Positions 1-12,500 of a stretch of 64,000 bases of DNA are shown here, one piece after another. The notes below the pieces were generated by a model. That model was not told the DNA's origin. It did no database searches and saw nothing but the letters and a program-made list of their open reading frames with translations. Each line of letters begins with the position of its first letter. Position 1 is the first letter of the stretch. The stretch is from contig OZ038378.1 in NCBI GenBank assembly GCA_964036045.1, forward strand, positions 15,376,001 through 15,440,000. The letters run 5' to 3'. This DNA is from Eutreptiella sp. 'Long Island Sound 2002' (taxonomy: Eukaryota > Protista > Euglenida). Both the position numbers and the translations under genes were made by a program.

Positions 1-804
1 GGCTATTGGCTGGAGTGGCGGTGGTATACCGTACCATAGCGCCTGCCAGCGGCCAAAAGGTCAAGACCGGCGCGTAAGAACACCGCACTTCTTTTCTTTG
101 TATACCACCCCTCCTTGTTTTGATGTACCCATCCTGCATGACCCATTAACTGATAATACCCCCCCCCACCACTGTGAATGGAGAAGTGAGACATTGCCCA
201 AGATCAATTCAGTCCGCTTCTTAATACTGAGTTGTAACAATTTGCAATTTTATTGGGAGGACTTCAAACAATAAACATGGACGTGTTGTACATCCTGCTA
301 CTGCTGCTACTGCTGCTACTGTGACCATTGACCATGTTGTTGTTGTTCTCCCTGACACCTTTGTCCTTGCACCCCGTTTCACATGTTGTGACACCATGTC
401 TATGATCATCCTCTGTTCCATGCGTTCCATGCATTCTGTTCACTGACACCATCATCTGACTGCATTTCCCACAAACCTTGTCTCTTTTGCCCGCCCTTCA
501 TCTCTCCTTTCCCTGCATCCCTTCCCACTGTTTTGTATCCGGCTTTTTGTTCCCAACCGCCTTTCCAGACCCCAGTGGCCGCTTCTGCCACAGCCCCTTC
601 AGTCTTTCCTTTCTTCAAGCATAGGCCGTCCTCCATCTCTGAGGGAAGGGACGGCGCGTGCTGGTCAAGTTTTCGGGCCTAGACGCTTTCGACTGGCACG
701 ATAGGTTGATTTGGCTTCTGAGGTGACAAGTTCTGGTCTAGTTTGGGGCTTCTGTAGGCATGAGTGAAGCCTGGGACATCTGCCCCTGCCTCCTGCCATC
801 GTAG

Positions 805-1193
805 GTGTTCGGAGGCAGCAACTGCGAGAAGTGCCGGTGCCTAAATCAGGGCGTGTGCGCGCCCTCTGGCGACTACTGCCAGTGCCCTGGGGCCTGGGGC
901 GGGCCGATCTGTCAGGAGTGCCACTGCCCCAGGGGCCAGTACTGCGATGACGCTGGCAACTGCCTGGACTGCGTGGTGGACGAGTGCGGCGAGTGCTTCG
1001 GGACAGGCCGGTGCAGCACCGCGCCGACGCGCAGCGGCGCTGCGGACGCGGGGGAACTCGAGATGGACCTGTTCTTTGGCCTCACCGGGGCCCTCTCGAC
1101 CGCGCCGCGCTCCGTGATCCTCGCCAACGGCTTTGACAGGTATCTGGGGCCCCGCCCCGCTTCGAATCCCAGGGAGAGTGCAGAGGTGGTGCG
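805..1193 (+). CDS. Dispatched/Patched-like RND protein, first exon visible in window (Cys-rich EGF-like segment); upstream exons lie outside the window
   Basis: Acceptor ...ccatcgtAG at 803-804 and donor GTGAGT at 1194. Encodes FGGSNCEKCRCLNQGVCAPSGDYCQCPGAWGGPICQEC... The phase-2 end (CG) joins the G at 1479 in frame (VVR-YRTE). Confidence 0.8.
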
Positions 1194-1478
1194 GTGAGTC
1201 CTTGTACTGCATAGCCCAGGCCGCGTGGGCGTGGCAGGCACGCCTTTCTCAAGGGTGTAGAGCATGAGCACAGGCAGTGCTGAGTCCACGAGAACGGATG
1301 CGCCAGGTCACGGCCAGGCCTTCTCGCAGGTGACCTGAGCTGGTTGAGCCTCTGACTGGGGCGTCGGGTCTGCCGCCATCTCATTTGAGAGGCAGGGCTG
1401 GAGCCACAGGTACCTCATCTCACGAGTTGCGCTCATGAATATGCATTCCTTCCCTGGCGCACCACAACCGCTGGACAG

Positions 1479-1785
1479 GTACCGGACCGAGGTCTCCGGG
1501 CAGATCGACCCGGACTTCGACGTGTCCGATTTGGATGTGCAAAGGTTCGGGGTGCAAGTTTGCATCGCGATGCACAGCCACCCCAAGATCAAGAGCAAGG
1601 CCGGCTTCTGCTTCTTTACGGAGTTCCAAAGTTGGGTGGAGCGGCAAGGCCGGGAGGCGAGCTTCCCCATCCGGGCCGAGAACCACACCGTGTTCGCTCA
1701 GAGGGTGTGGCAGTTCGTCGAGGAGCGCAACCTGTGGAAGCATGTGGCCTTCAACCACTTCCATCCCGACCACCCCGACTTGAAG
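1479..1785 (+). CDS. Dispatched/Patched-like RND protein, internal exon (luminal loop)
   Basis: Acceptor ctggacAG at 1477-1478 and donor GTGCTT at 1786. Coding-like GC3; encodes YRTEVSGQIDPDFD...NHFHPDHPDLK. Phase 0 join to 2654. Confidence 0.8.
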
Positions 1786-2653
1786 GTGCTTGTCCCACTC
1801 CGTGTTGCTGCCTCCGCTTCCCTACGCATTTTGCGGCGCTCCGCTTTCGTGCCCCGTTTGCACCCTTTTGGCATCGGTCATCACGTCTGATCCATCATCA
1901 TCATCATCACCGTCAAGGGGGCGGTGGGGTGGTAACGAGCACTCTGACCTGTTCCGGAGTTCTGTGCAATGAGTTTGACCGATACAGCGCTGCAATTACC
2001 CCGCTCCCTCAAGTTTGCCCGGCTAATTGTAGATGGAGGGCGGAAAGCGGGATGGGAAACAAAAGGTTTTGGGGGGAAACGGAGAACCGAAAATTTCCAG
2101 CCCTGTGGGCTGTTTACCATGGGAGGAGGAGGGGTGGGGGGATGGGGTGGGGGCGCACGCCAGAAGCCCCCGCAACCCCCTCTCCTGTTTTCTCTTCTCA
2201 TGCCTGCCTGGCCAAGGGGAGATGGAGGGCAGTGAGGGGGGGGGGGGGGTCGAAGGCAGGTTGGGTGGGAGCGGCGGAGATGGATGCCAGGATGGGGGAA
2301 GAGGGGGGGAGGGTAGACACGGAAGGAATCAGGCGGCATGAGGCAGGGGTCGGGCCAGGAACGCAAGCAGGGGAATTGGGTCTGTCACACAGGGAGATCG
2401 CCAACAGAGTGCCCCCGGGCCGGCGTACGCGATCATCTCATGCGCATTGGCAACACGTTGTAGAAAAGCCATTCCGTGTTCCAGTGGTGTGACAAAGACG
2501 GTCCAAAATCAATGGTGCGCGCGCTCTTTTTTGAGAATTCACGGAGAGCAGCCTCTCTCCGAGCCCCAAGATGGTCCAAATTCGATGGTCCGCGCATTAC
2601 GACCAGTCCTCCCTCACATGATCTCGTCAACTGCCTGTCACTCCGTGCCTCAG

Positions 2654-2930
2654 GTGCGCTGGATCAGAAACACGTTCTTGGTCAACCACACCGCACCTAC
2701 GAGAGCTAAAGTCCTCGAGCAGTGGGAGAAGTGGCAGCTGCTGATGGGGCACTTGCGGAACCAGGCCCCCAAGAAAGGCAAGGCCATCCTCCAGAGCAGC
2801 GTGGCGTGGAACCAGGCAGCAATGGGGGTGATCTCCCTGCAGACCGCCATCTTCAGTATTTTCATCAGCGTCGCGGTGGCCTTTATCCTCATGCTGACGT
2901 TCAGCAGCAGCCCGCCCCTTACTATCGCAA
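2654..2930 (+). CDS. Dispatched/Patched-like RND protein, internal exon (end of loop 2 and TM8)
   Basis: Acceptor gcctcAG at 2652-2653 and donor GTTTGC at 2931. Encodes VRWIRNTF...WNQAAMGVISLQTAIFSIFISVAVAFILMLTFSSSPPLTIA. The final A plus GT at 8612 gives Ser in frame. Confidence 0.85.
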
Positions 2931-5900
2931 GTTTGCCCCCTGTTACCTCAATCCAACCATAATCTTTGAATTATGGGAGTGTTGCAAGAGCCAGTTTTTC
3001 TTTTCTCGCCCCAAGAGAGCGCCTGGTAAAGACCGCCGGATTTTCCGTCTACTCGGGGCGGTTAGTGATGGACTGACGGCAGTTGGCGGCCAACTGATGG
3101 AAGCTGGCGATCAGCTGACGCCTCTCAGCTTCACCCAAAAGTGAAAAAGCAGATAAATTTTTGTTGAATGACGCGGCATTCACCTGTACCCACGATGTTG
3201 AGCTCGCTGTTGACTTGGCTTTGAATTAAGTTTTGTTTGAGGGAAAATGCGCCAACAAAGCGCCTTTTCTAGTGCACCATTCCAGCTTTAGTTGTGAATG
3301 TGGTGCCACAACCCCTGTTCTGAGCATCCATGATAGGGTGCTCCCACCCTCGTGCCCACCCTCGATACCAACGGTCTTTGAATTGCGTATGGGCCCAACT
3401 GCCAAACTGCATGCGTGATTGCAGTGATGAAGGTGCTGCCACTGCAATGCAAGCAGTTGGTGAGATTCAGGCTCCAAACCATCACCAAATCTTGGCTCTG
3501 ATGTCCTGCACCATTCGTGGGATGTGCTCAAGATAGGAAACAAACGAAAATTCCTGAGGCCGTTCTGAGCCCTCCCTCTCCCGGTGGTCAGGGCCATCAT
3601 GCGCCTGGCCCAAGAGCCACACAACATCCTCCTCGTCTTCGTCCTCTCCTTCTTCTATTCACCCCCAACATGGCTTTTGTCTCCCTTTGCCACCCACCCA
3701 GTGTGGCCCTCCTCCTGAATCTCCACGGAAGTGCGAGGTGTAGCGAGTGTGGTGCATGCTCAGTGGATGCACACGAAAATAGCACTGGTGGCAGTGGGCA
3801 GGGTGTGATAGTAGTGCATCCCTGCATGATGACGCGAGGAAGAAGCACGGTATCTTGGATGGGTGCCCGCTTAGTCGATGACAAAGTGCCAACTCCCACA
3901 TGAATGTCGGGCACTACAAATTGTTACGGCGTAGCAAGCATGTCTCTCAAGAGCCGTAGGGGGCGTAAAAGATGATGGTGCACTGCCTATGGCCATGGGC
4001 GCAGCACCCAGATCATAGTGACAAAGAGCATCTGAAAGGTGCACAGAAACATCTTGAGACACACGATTTCCACTAGAAGCAGGCCCAGAACCCTGATCAA
4101 ACAAAGCAAAAATATACATAAACAGCAATCATACGCTTTTGCCCCCCCCCCCCTCTCCCTGTGATTGGGTGGGCTTTGAGAAGCAAGTTGGGGAAGGTAT
4201 CTGGACGGATGGGGCTCGGTATCGAAGGCCATGAAGGGCAGAAAGGGCTAAAAATAGGTCATGACATCATTGATGGCAGGATCCTGACAGCAGCAGCGAA
4301 ACCAGAGGAAATTAGAATGAAAACCCCCCAAAATAGTGTCCCCCTAATATGGGTTGGTACACCATACGAGTGATAAAGGTCCAAGCAAATCTCCCACTTA
4401 TTTACTAACTGACGGGAGTTATATAGGGGTAGTGTATACTACTTTTAGGGCAAAAACATTTCTACTACCCTGGTTAGGATCCTAACAGCAATGATGTCCT
4501 ACTCTATTTTTTCTTTTGGCCTTTTGGCCTTGGTGGGGCCCCCTAATCCTCCAAAATCGTTCCGAAAAATGCTATTTTACCCACCTCAAGAACAGGGTGG
4601 TGGGGGGTACTACCCCAGCCAAAACCCCACCCGGTAGTGGAGGTGTGGGGGGATGGGGGGCCAAATAAACACCGATCATGAGATTTTGATTGTGGAATTC
4701 GTGTGTGCAGTTGTAGGAAATTTTCAACCCTTTTCAATGTCCCTTTCACTGCAATCCAGCACTTGAGGCTATGCCAAAGCCGATGTGGGAAAGTTGGTGA
4801 AATTTGGTGGACATGGTGCCATGAAAGCGAGCATCCGAAAACAGCAACGGGGCTCTGCCCCGTACCTTGGGGGTTCCAAAGAGTGGAAGCAGTTGCCTTG
4901 ATGAATGGGATGGATTTTACATGTGTAGAAACAAGACAGTAGCTTGCACCAAGGGTTCACCAAGTATGGGTATGGCATTGCTTCACCAAGAAGCCCAAAT
5001 GTAAGGTTTTGTCCACAGAAGCAGAGGCATGCTACAATTTCCAATTGCAGTGAGGCTATCAATGGGCACGTAGGCTATCAATTTGCGACACATTGGACTG
5101 GTTTGTTGTTCGCTAGCCATGAGACAGTGCAATGTGTTGGTACAGTTTCATGTCCTCGACGGCTTATGGCAATCGAGTGCGGAAAACAAGTTTCCACTAG
5201 GGTTGTGTCTATGTCCACAGCTACTGCAACGGTATTGCAGCACCACAGTCACCACAGTCACTTGCACAACAAAAAGGCAACCAACTGGGAAAATGCAGGT
5301 CCTATATGGCAAAAAAAATCCGGGTACCATCTTAAATTAGTGGCACCCAATGAAACCAAATAAGACAAGATCTCAATACAGGATTGGGAGGTGTTTAGTG
5401 GGAAATTTTTGTCTTCAAGGATGGTGGCGAAATTTTCCCTTGACAAAATTGAGGGGTGTTGGTAGTGCGGCGCAAGGTTCTGTGATGCAATTGAGATCCC
5501 CCCACACGGGGGCAGCCGGGCTTGGTCCTCGTATGTACACCCGCCAGACCCCCACCCCCACCTTCCACCCACCCCCGGGTTTTGGTCCGGCTGGTGTGAT
5601 GGGCAGGAGCGTAGTTGGTCGAGGCTTGCTTGTGCTACAGCTAACAGCCTACATTTGTTTCCATAATTTTTGGGCAAGTGTTTGGAACAGCTGATTCTTC
5701 CAAATGTTGTCAAGTAGTGTTGCTTTCACTGGCAATTGGATTTGCAAATCTTTGAACGCAGCATGGGATTGCACAATAGGGTGTGTGTGAGGCAGGCGGA
5801 GCTTTGGGATTCCCAAGGGTGGCAAATCACCCCACCAAAACATTCTCCTTGGCGTAATAATCCCCATTCCAACCACCTTTGTAGGTAATTTGCTAATTCC

Positions 5901-6334
5901 TTGACAATGAAAATGAGGTCCTTGATAACAAATGACCACGGGGTTGTGGATGGCATGCAGTGCCACTCCTCATTTCTCGCCTTTGGAGCGCCAACCTAAA
6001 TGCTTGTATTGGAGGGTTTGGGGCTGTGGTGTGGACGATGCAAGCATGGCAACAAAACTCAGTCCAATGTTTGCACTACCTATGGTGTGACAAACTAGCA
6101 TCCATGGAGTATGATTTTGGGAAATCACCTCAAAGAGAGGTTGTTAGATCAAGCGTAGGCACAGGTGCGACACACCACCCGATTTTGGGGTCATTCGGAT
6201 AGCATACCCCAAGGTATGATATTGCATGTCCAACCCCTTGTAAAATCATTACTTTCGGGAGACAATATGATCCCCCAATGAATTTTTCGATTTTGCCCCC
6301 CCACCCCCCTGTATGCTGGTGCCGCTTTTTTGGG

Positions 6335-6336
<2 letters not shown>

Positions 6337-6412
<76 letters not shown>
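6337..6412. repeat. (TG)n microsatellite
   Basis: Direct reading of sequence. Confidence 0.95.
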
Positions 6413-6414
<2 letters not shown>

Positions 6415-8611
6415 TGGGTGGGTGGGTGTGGGTGGGTTCGGGGGGGGGGGGGGCAAAATTCTTTCGCGTATCTGGCCACTGTGTGTCAACTTCGACCCAG
6501 GTCCCAAACAAGTTTTTTCTTGCACATGGACCCCCTCACCAATGCCGGGGGTCTTGGGTCCGAACTCCGGGTAACCCCCCCCCCCTAGTCGGCCCTTGCT
6601 GGTGAGGACTTAGCTGTTTTTCAAGTGGGCATGTGTCAACTAAAAATCCCTTTATAAACAAAGGTTGTTTGACCACAACCACGCATGCCCACAAACATGG
6701 GAAAATGCCACATACCCCTCCCCCCCTTGGGGCTAGTGAGTCCGGTTATAGTTAAGCTAGCAATCCTCTAGTTCTTTGATAGGAGCTCTATGTCATCTGG
6801 TATGTCTCAGCATTCTACCAACCCTGCGGCCCACGATGCCTCTGAGCGCTCCGCCACGGCGCCTACCACTCTGCTACCAGTCTACCTAGTAGCTCTTACT
6901 CACTTGACTACGTCACCGATTGCCGTAAACCGGGGCTATCCCCTATGGAGCAGCCTGCTAAGCGTCGGTGATGCCGATCATATTCACCTAGCACGGAGGC
7001 TAGCTTAGGCACACTTGACATTGGAGGTGCCGACTTGTTTTCAGATGTGGGGTCAGAAATGCATGACACTCTATTATGAGGGTCTCTTCACACGTTCGCA
7101 GTTCCAGGTCGCTTCTAAAGGACCCCACTTGCCTTTCACTCTGAATCGCGTGTGGTTTTCCCCCAAGATTGGTGCTACATTCTCCCTGTACACATTATGC
7201 TGCAAGAGGCGTGGCCTACTACAACGGACACCCACATAGACTGACATCATCTTGGACGGAGGTTCGAATCCTCGTCTCATCAACACGGCCAGGGGCCCGT
7301 TGGGGTGGCACCCACCACTGACCCTGTGGCAGTGCGCCCCTCCACCGACACCATGGGGGGCTCACACACGCCACCCAACACCAGGGAGTCAAGCTCCCGA
7401 CCAAGCTAGAGGGACGCCTCATCTCCACACAAGGCCTGGCGTACTTCATGGAAGCAGTCCTCAATGCAGCCACCGGCTACTAGGCCATACACCTCCAAAG
7501 AAAGTATCTATAAACCCTGGGGCAGCCATGGAGCACCAATTGGGCGGTGCCGATGGTGCTTATTGCCCCCTCAAAGCACCGTTTCAGGCCTGTTTGCACC
7601 GTGATGGGCAAAACTTTGTTGGCCTGTAGCTGCCACTGTGCGTCGATCCTGGTCCCATTCCACTTTATTCTTCTGCATGGACCCCCTCACCAATGATGGG
7701 GTCCTTGGTGCTCTCTGGTGGTGCCACACCGGTGAGTATTTGGCCGTTTTCAAGGCAGCATGGGTTGGCTGAAAAATCTCGAATCTAAAGAGGACCTGTG
7801 GGGACCCCTTGGGCTATTGTTGGGTGACAATGGGAGTGCATATAAACTCATGTAGCACCAATTAGGCCCTCCCGATGGTGCTTATTGGCCCCCAAAAGTG
7901 CCCTTTTGGGTGCGTTTGCTCTGCGATAGGTTGAACTTCGTTGGCCTATCGTTTGTGACTTCCCCGCGACGTCGCCTGCATCTCCTCGAGGGCCTTTCCA
8001 AAGGCAATAGATTTTTTGATTCTGATTAGGATTCTTCCAGACCCCCAAGGGCACCCCCTTAGGAGGCTGGGGAAGGGTCAAATTAGCCTTGCCCCACATT
8101 GCTGAGCGACGCTGTTCAGTTTTCCTAAACCCCCGGATTCTACCACCATGCAGCGAAAACCCCGCTTACCCCCCCCCCCCCCCAACTCCCCCCCCTTTTC
8201 AGATTTTGGTCTGGAGGGGGTTTTAATCTTGTTATCTGATTTCCAAGGACCCCCCCCCTCCACCATTGTGCTATTTGCATCCTTCTTTTTTCCAATCGTG
8301 ATTGCATTGAAATGGGTGCAGGTCATTTTGCTGAGTCATACCCCAGAAGGATGCCACTCCTGGCAAAACGACTACAAAGACAATTTTTTTTGTACATTGT
8401 TTGTCTGCCATTTACCTGGCCTTTTTTTTTCATGTTGGGGGCGTTCTTGGGGAGCAGGCACTTTAGTGTGCTGCATTGTGAAGGACACACACTTTCCAAA
8501 TATGCCAGGGACAGGGGCAGCAGCAGGGGGCTGCACAGGTTGGTGTAGGGGTGCCTCACAAGCTCAATGCTTTATCCCCCTGAGCTCAGGATCTGAGCGT
8601 CTCTCTCACAG

Positions 8612-8937
8612 GTCTGGCGACGCTGGTCGTTACCATCATGTTTGTGGGCGTGTGGATGTGTTTGTTTGGGATTATGATGGGTGCAGTGGAGGGGACTGCC
8701 ATAATGGCCCTCGCGGGGATGCAGGCCAGCATGATGGTGCACATGATGGAGGGCTACATCGAGTTCATTCACTCCGCGCGCTCCCACCTCCTGGCAGAGC
8801 CTCTCAAGCGCAAGAATTGCATGCGGGGGATGCTGCTGAGGACTGGGGTCCCGCTCACGGATAGCTGCATCTGCGTCATGCTGTGCTCAATGATACTGAT
8901 GTTCTGCAATTTGCAAACCTTTGTGCGGATGGGGCAG
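8612..8937 (+). CDS. Dispatched/Patched-like RND protein, internal exon (TM9-TM11)
   Basis: Acceptor ctctctcacAG at 8610-8611 and donor GTGTGC at 8938. Encodes LATLVVTIMFVGVWMCLFGIMMGAVEGTAIMALAGMQASMMVHMMEGY...R...G.PL...FCNLQTFVRMGQ, which matches the Dispatched C-terminal TM pattern (G-x-LG-x-x-E...G-x-x-x-D-x-x-VH...Y...F-x-x-FG). Confidence 0.85.
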
Positions 8938-8985
8938 GTGTGCGTGCTTCTGTCAGAGAAAGAGAGAAAGAGAGGGATGGTGAGG

Positions 8986-8990
<5 letters not shown>

Positions 8991-9060
<70 letters not shown>
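8991..9060. repeat. (TG)n microsatellite, left half of the interrupted tract
   Basis: Direct reading; continues at 15001-15080 after the insertion. Confidence 0.95.
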
Positions 9061-9063
<3 letters not shown>

Positions 9064-9556
9064 ATGTGTGGATACCCCCACAGCTGCCCAGGGGCGCGTG
9101 ACCTCACCGTGGTGTGGGGGTGAAACCGGGGGGGGTCCCCCCCGGGCTAACACGCAATCTGGGGGGTGCCCTGGTCCAGCCGCGGCGGCCAGGGCACGGG
9201 ATCGCGCGCCCCACCCCTCGCCGGCCACCGTGGGAAAGCCACGATGGCACAGGGCGGGCTCCACCGGGGGGTGGCGGTATGCGGGAGTAACCCGGGTCCC
9301 CCTGTGACCCAGCCCTCTCCAGGGCTCGTGTGCGCTCCCCTGCCCCAACCCACTGCACCTTGTGTTCTGCACAGGTACATCGTGGGGTGGGGATATCGTC
9401 CTATCCGAAGCCCGTCCGGGCCAGGGGCACAACCACTATGGCCTTCGGCCAGGGGCCTGATGTCACGGGGGGCTACCGGTCCTGCCCTGCGATGCAATGC
9501 GGGGCAACCGTGACATGAGGCCTCACAGCCACGCGCCCTCTGCACCTGGTGCAGAG

Positions 9557-12500
9557 AGGAGGGATAGGGACGCCCCGTGTAGGATTGCGGGCACACGACA
9601 CGTTCCACCCCCACACAGCGGCGGTTACACCCGAGTCCCTCCGGTCCTGCCTGGGCCGCGGAGGGATAGGGACGCCCCGTGGGTTCGCCAGGTATTTTTC
9701 CTTCCCCCACACAGCGGCGGTTACACCCGAGTCCCTCCGGTCCAGCCTGGGCCGCGGAGGGATAGGGACGCCCCGTGGGTTCGTCAGGTATTTTTCCTTC
9801 CCCCACACAGCGGCGGTTACACCCGAGTCCCTCCGGTCCAGCCTGGGCCGCGGAGGGATAGGGACGCCCCGTGGGTTCGTCAGGTATTTTTCCTTCCCCC
9901 ACACAGCGGCGGTTACACCCGAGTCCCTCCGGTGCAGCCTGGGCCGCGGAGAGATAGGGACGCCCCGTGGGTTCGTCGGGTATTTTACCTTCCCCCACAC
10001 AGCGGCGGTTACACCCGAGTCCCTCCGGTCCAGCCTGGGCCGCGGGGGGATAGGGACGCCCCGTGGGTTCGTCAGGTATTTTTCCTTCCCCCACACAGCG
10101 GCGGTTACACCCGAGTCCCTCCGGTCCAGCCTGGGCCGCGGAGGGATAGGGACGCCCCGTGGGTTCGTCAGGTATTTTACCTTCCCCCACACAGCGGCGG
10201 TTACACCCGAGTCCCTCCGGTCCAGCCTGGGCCGCGGAGGGATAGGGACGCCCCGTGGGTTCGCCAGGTATTTTTCCTTCCCCCACACAGCGGCGGTTAC
10301 ACCCGAGTCCCTCCGGTCCAGCCTGGGCCGCGGAGGGATAGGGACGCCCCGTGGGTTCGTCAGGTATTTTTCCTTCCCCCACACAGCGGCGGTTACACCC
10401 GAGTCCCTCCGGTCCAGCCTGGGCCGCGGGGGGATAGGGACGCCCCGTGGGTTCGCCAGGTATTTTTCCTTCCCCCACACAGCGGCGGTTACACCCGAGT
10501 CCCTCCGGTGCAGCCTGGGCCGCGGAGGGATAGGGACGCCCCGTGGGTTCGCCAGGTATTTTTCCTTCCCCCACACAGCGGCGGTTACACCCGAGTCCCT
10601 CCGGTCCAGCCTGGGCCGCGGGGGGATAGGGACGCCCCGTGGGTTCGCCGGGTATTTTTCCTTCCCCCACACAGCGGCGGTTACACCCGAGTCCCTCCGG
10701 TCCAGCCTGGGCCGCGGAGGGATAGGGACGCCCCGTGGGTTCGTCAGGTATTTTTCCTTCCCCCACACAGCGGCGGTTACACCCGAGTCCCTCCGGTCCA
10801 GCCTGGGCCGCGGGGGGACAGGGACGCCCCGTGGGTTCGTCAGGTATTTTTCCTTCCCCCACACAGCGGCGGTTACACCCGAGTCCCTCCGGTCCAGCCT
10901 GGGCCGCGGAGGGATAGGGACGCCCCGTGGGGTCGTCAGGTATTTTTCCTTCCCCCACACAGCGGCGGTTACACCCGAGTCCCTCCGATCCAGCCTGGGC
11001 CGCGGGGGGATAGGGACGCCCCGTGGGGTCGTCAGGTATTTTTCCTTCCCCCACACAGCGGCGGTTACACCCGAGTCCCTCCGGTCCAGCCTGGGCCGCG
11101 GAGGGATAGGGACGCCCCGTGGGGTCGTCAGGTATTTTTCCTTCCCCCACACAGCGGCGGTTACACCCGAGTCCCTCCGATCCAGCCTGGGCCGCGGGGG
11201 GATAGGGACGCCCCGTGGGGTCGTCAGGTATTTTTCCTTCCCCCACACGGCGGCGGTTACACCCGAGTCCCTCCGGTCCAGCCTGGGCCGCGGAGGGATA
11301 GGGACGCCCCGTGGGTTCGTCAGGTATTTTTCCTTCCCCCACACAGCGGCGGTTACACCCGAGTCCCTCCGGTCCAGCCTGGGCCGCGGAGGGATAGGGA
11401 CGCCCCGTGGGTTCGCCAGGTATTTTTCCTTCCCCCACACAGCGGCGGTTACACCCGAGTCCCTCCGGTCCAGCCTGGGCCGCGGAGGGATAGGGACGCC
11501 CCGTGGGTTCGCCAGGTATTAAATCCCCCCCCACACAGCGGCGGTTACACCCGAGTCCCTCCGGTCCAGCCTGGGCCGCGGAGGGATAGGGACGCCCCGT
11601 GGGGTCGTCAGGTATTTTTCCTTCCCCCACACAGCGGCGGTTACACCCGAGTCCCTCCGGTCCAGCCTGGGCCGCGGAGGGATAGGGACGCCCCGTGGAT
11701 TCGCCAGGTATTTCTCCTTCCCCCACACAGCGGCGGCCACACCCGGGTCCCTCCGGTCCAGCCTGGGCCGCGGAGGGATAGGGACGCCCCGTGGGTTCGC
11801 CAGGTATTTTTCCTTCCCCCACACAGCGGCGGTTACACCCGAGTCCCTCCGGTCCAGCCTGGGCCGCGGGGGGATAGGGACGCACCGTGGGGTCGTCAGG
11901 TATTTTTCCTTCCCCCACACGGCGGCGGTTACACCCGAGTCCCTCCGGTCCAGCCTGGGCCGCGGAGGGATAGGGACGCCCCGTGGGTTCGCCAGGTATT
12001 AAATCCCCCCCCACACAGCGGCGGTTACACCCGAGTCCCTCCGGTCCAGCCTGGGCCGCGGAGGGATAGGGACGCCCCGTGGGTTCGCCAGGTATTTTTC
12101 CTTCCCCCACACGGCGGCGGTTACACCCGAGTCCCTCCGGTCCAGCCTGGGCCGCGGGGGGATAGGGACGCCCCGTGGGTTCGTCAGGTATTTTTCCTTC
12201 CCCCACACAGCGGCGGTTACACCCGAGTCCCTCCGGTCCAGACTGGGCCGCGGGGGGATAGGGTCGCCCCGTGGGTTCGCCAGGTATTTTTCCTTCCCCC
12301 ACACAGCGGCGGTTACACCCGAGTCCCTCCGGTCCAGCCTGGGCCGCGGGGGGATAGGGACGCCCCGTGGGTTCGCCAGGTATTTTTCCTTCCCCCACAC
12401 AGCGGCGGTTACACCCGAGTCCCTCCGGTCCAGCCTGGGCCGCGGAGGGATAGGGACGCCCCGTGGGGTCGTCAGGTATTTTTCCTTCCCCCACACAGCG

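Noticed and set aside
6130-6605. THTHTH/VCVCVC-type ORFs here and at 8.8-9.4, 14.8-15.2, 42.4-42.8 and 54.7-55.4 kb
   Set aside because: These are translations of dinucleotide microsatellites.
9680-9710. Hammerhead ribozyme core in the 96-bp unit (minus strand CTGACGA near GAAA)
   Set aside because: No stem II closes onto a downstream GAAA in the right geometry, and roughly half of the units carry CTGGCGA, which destroys the core.
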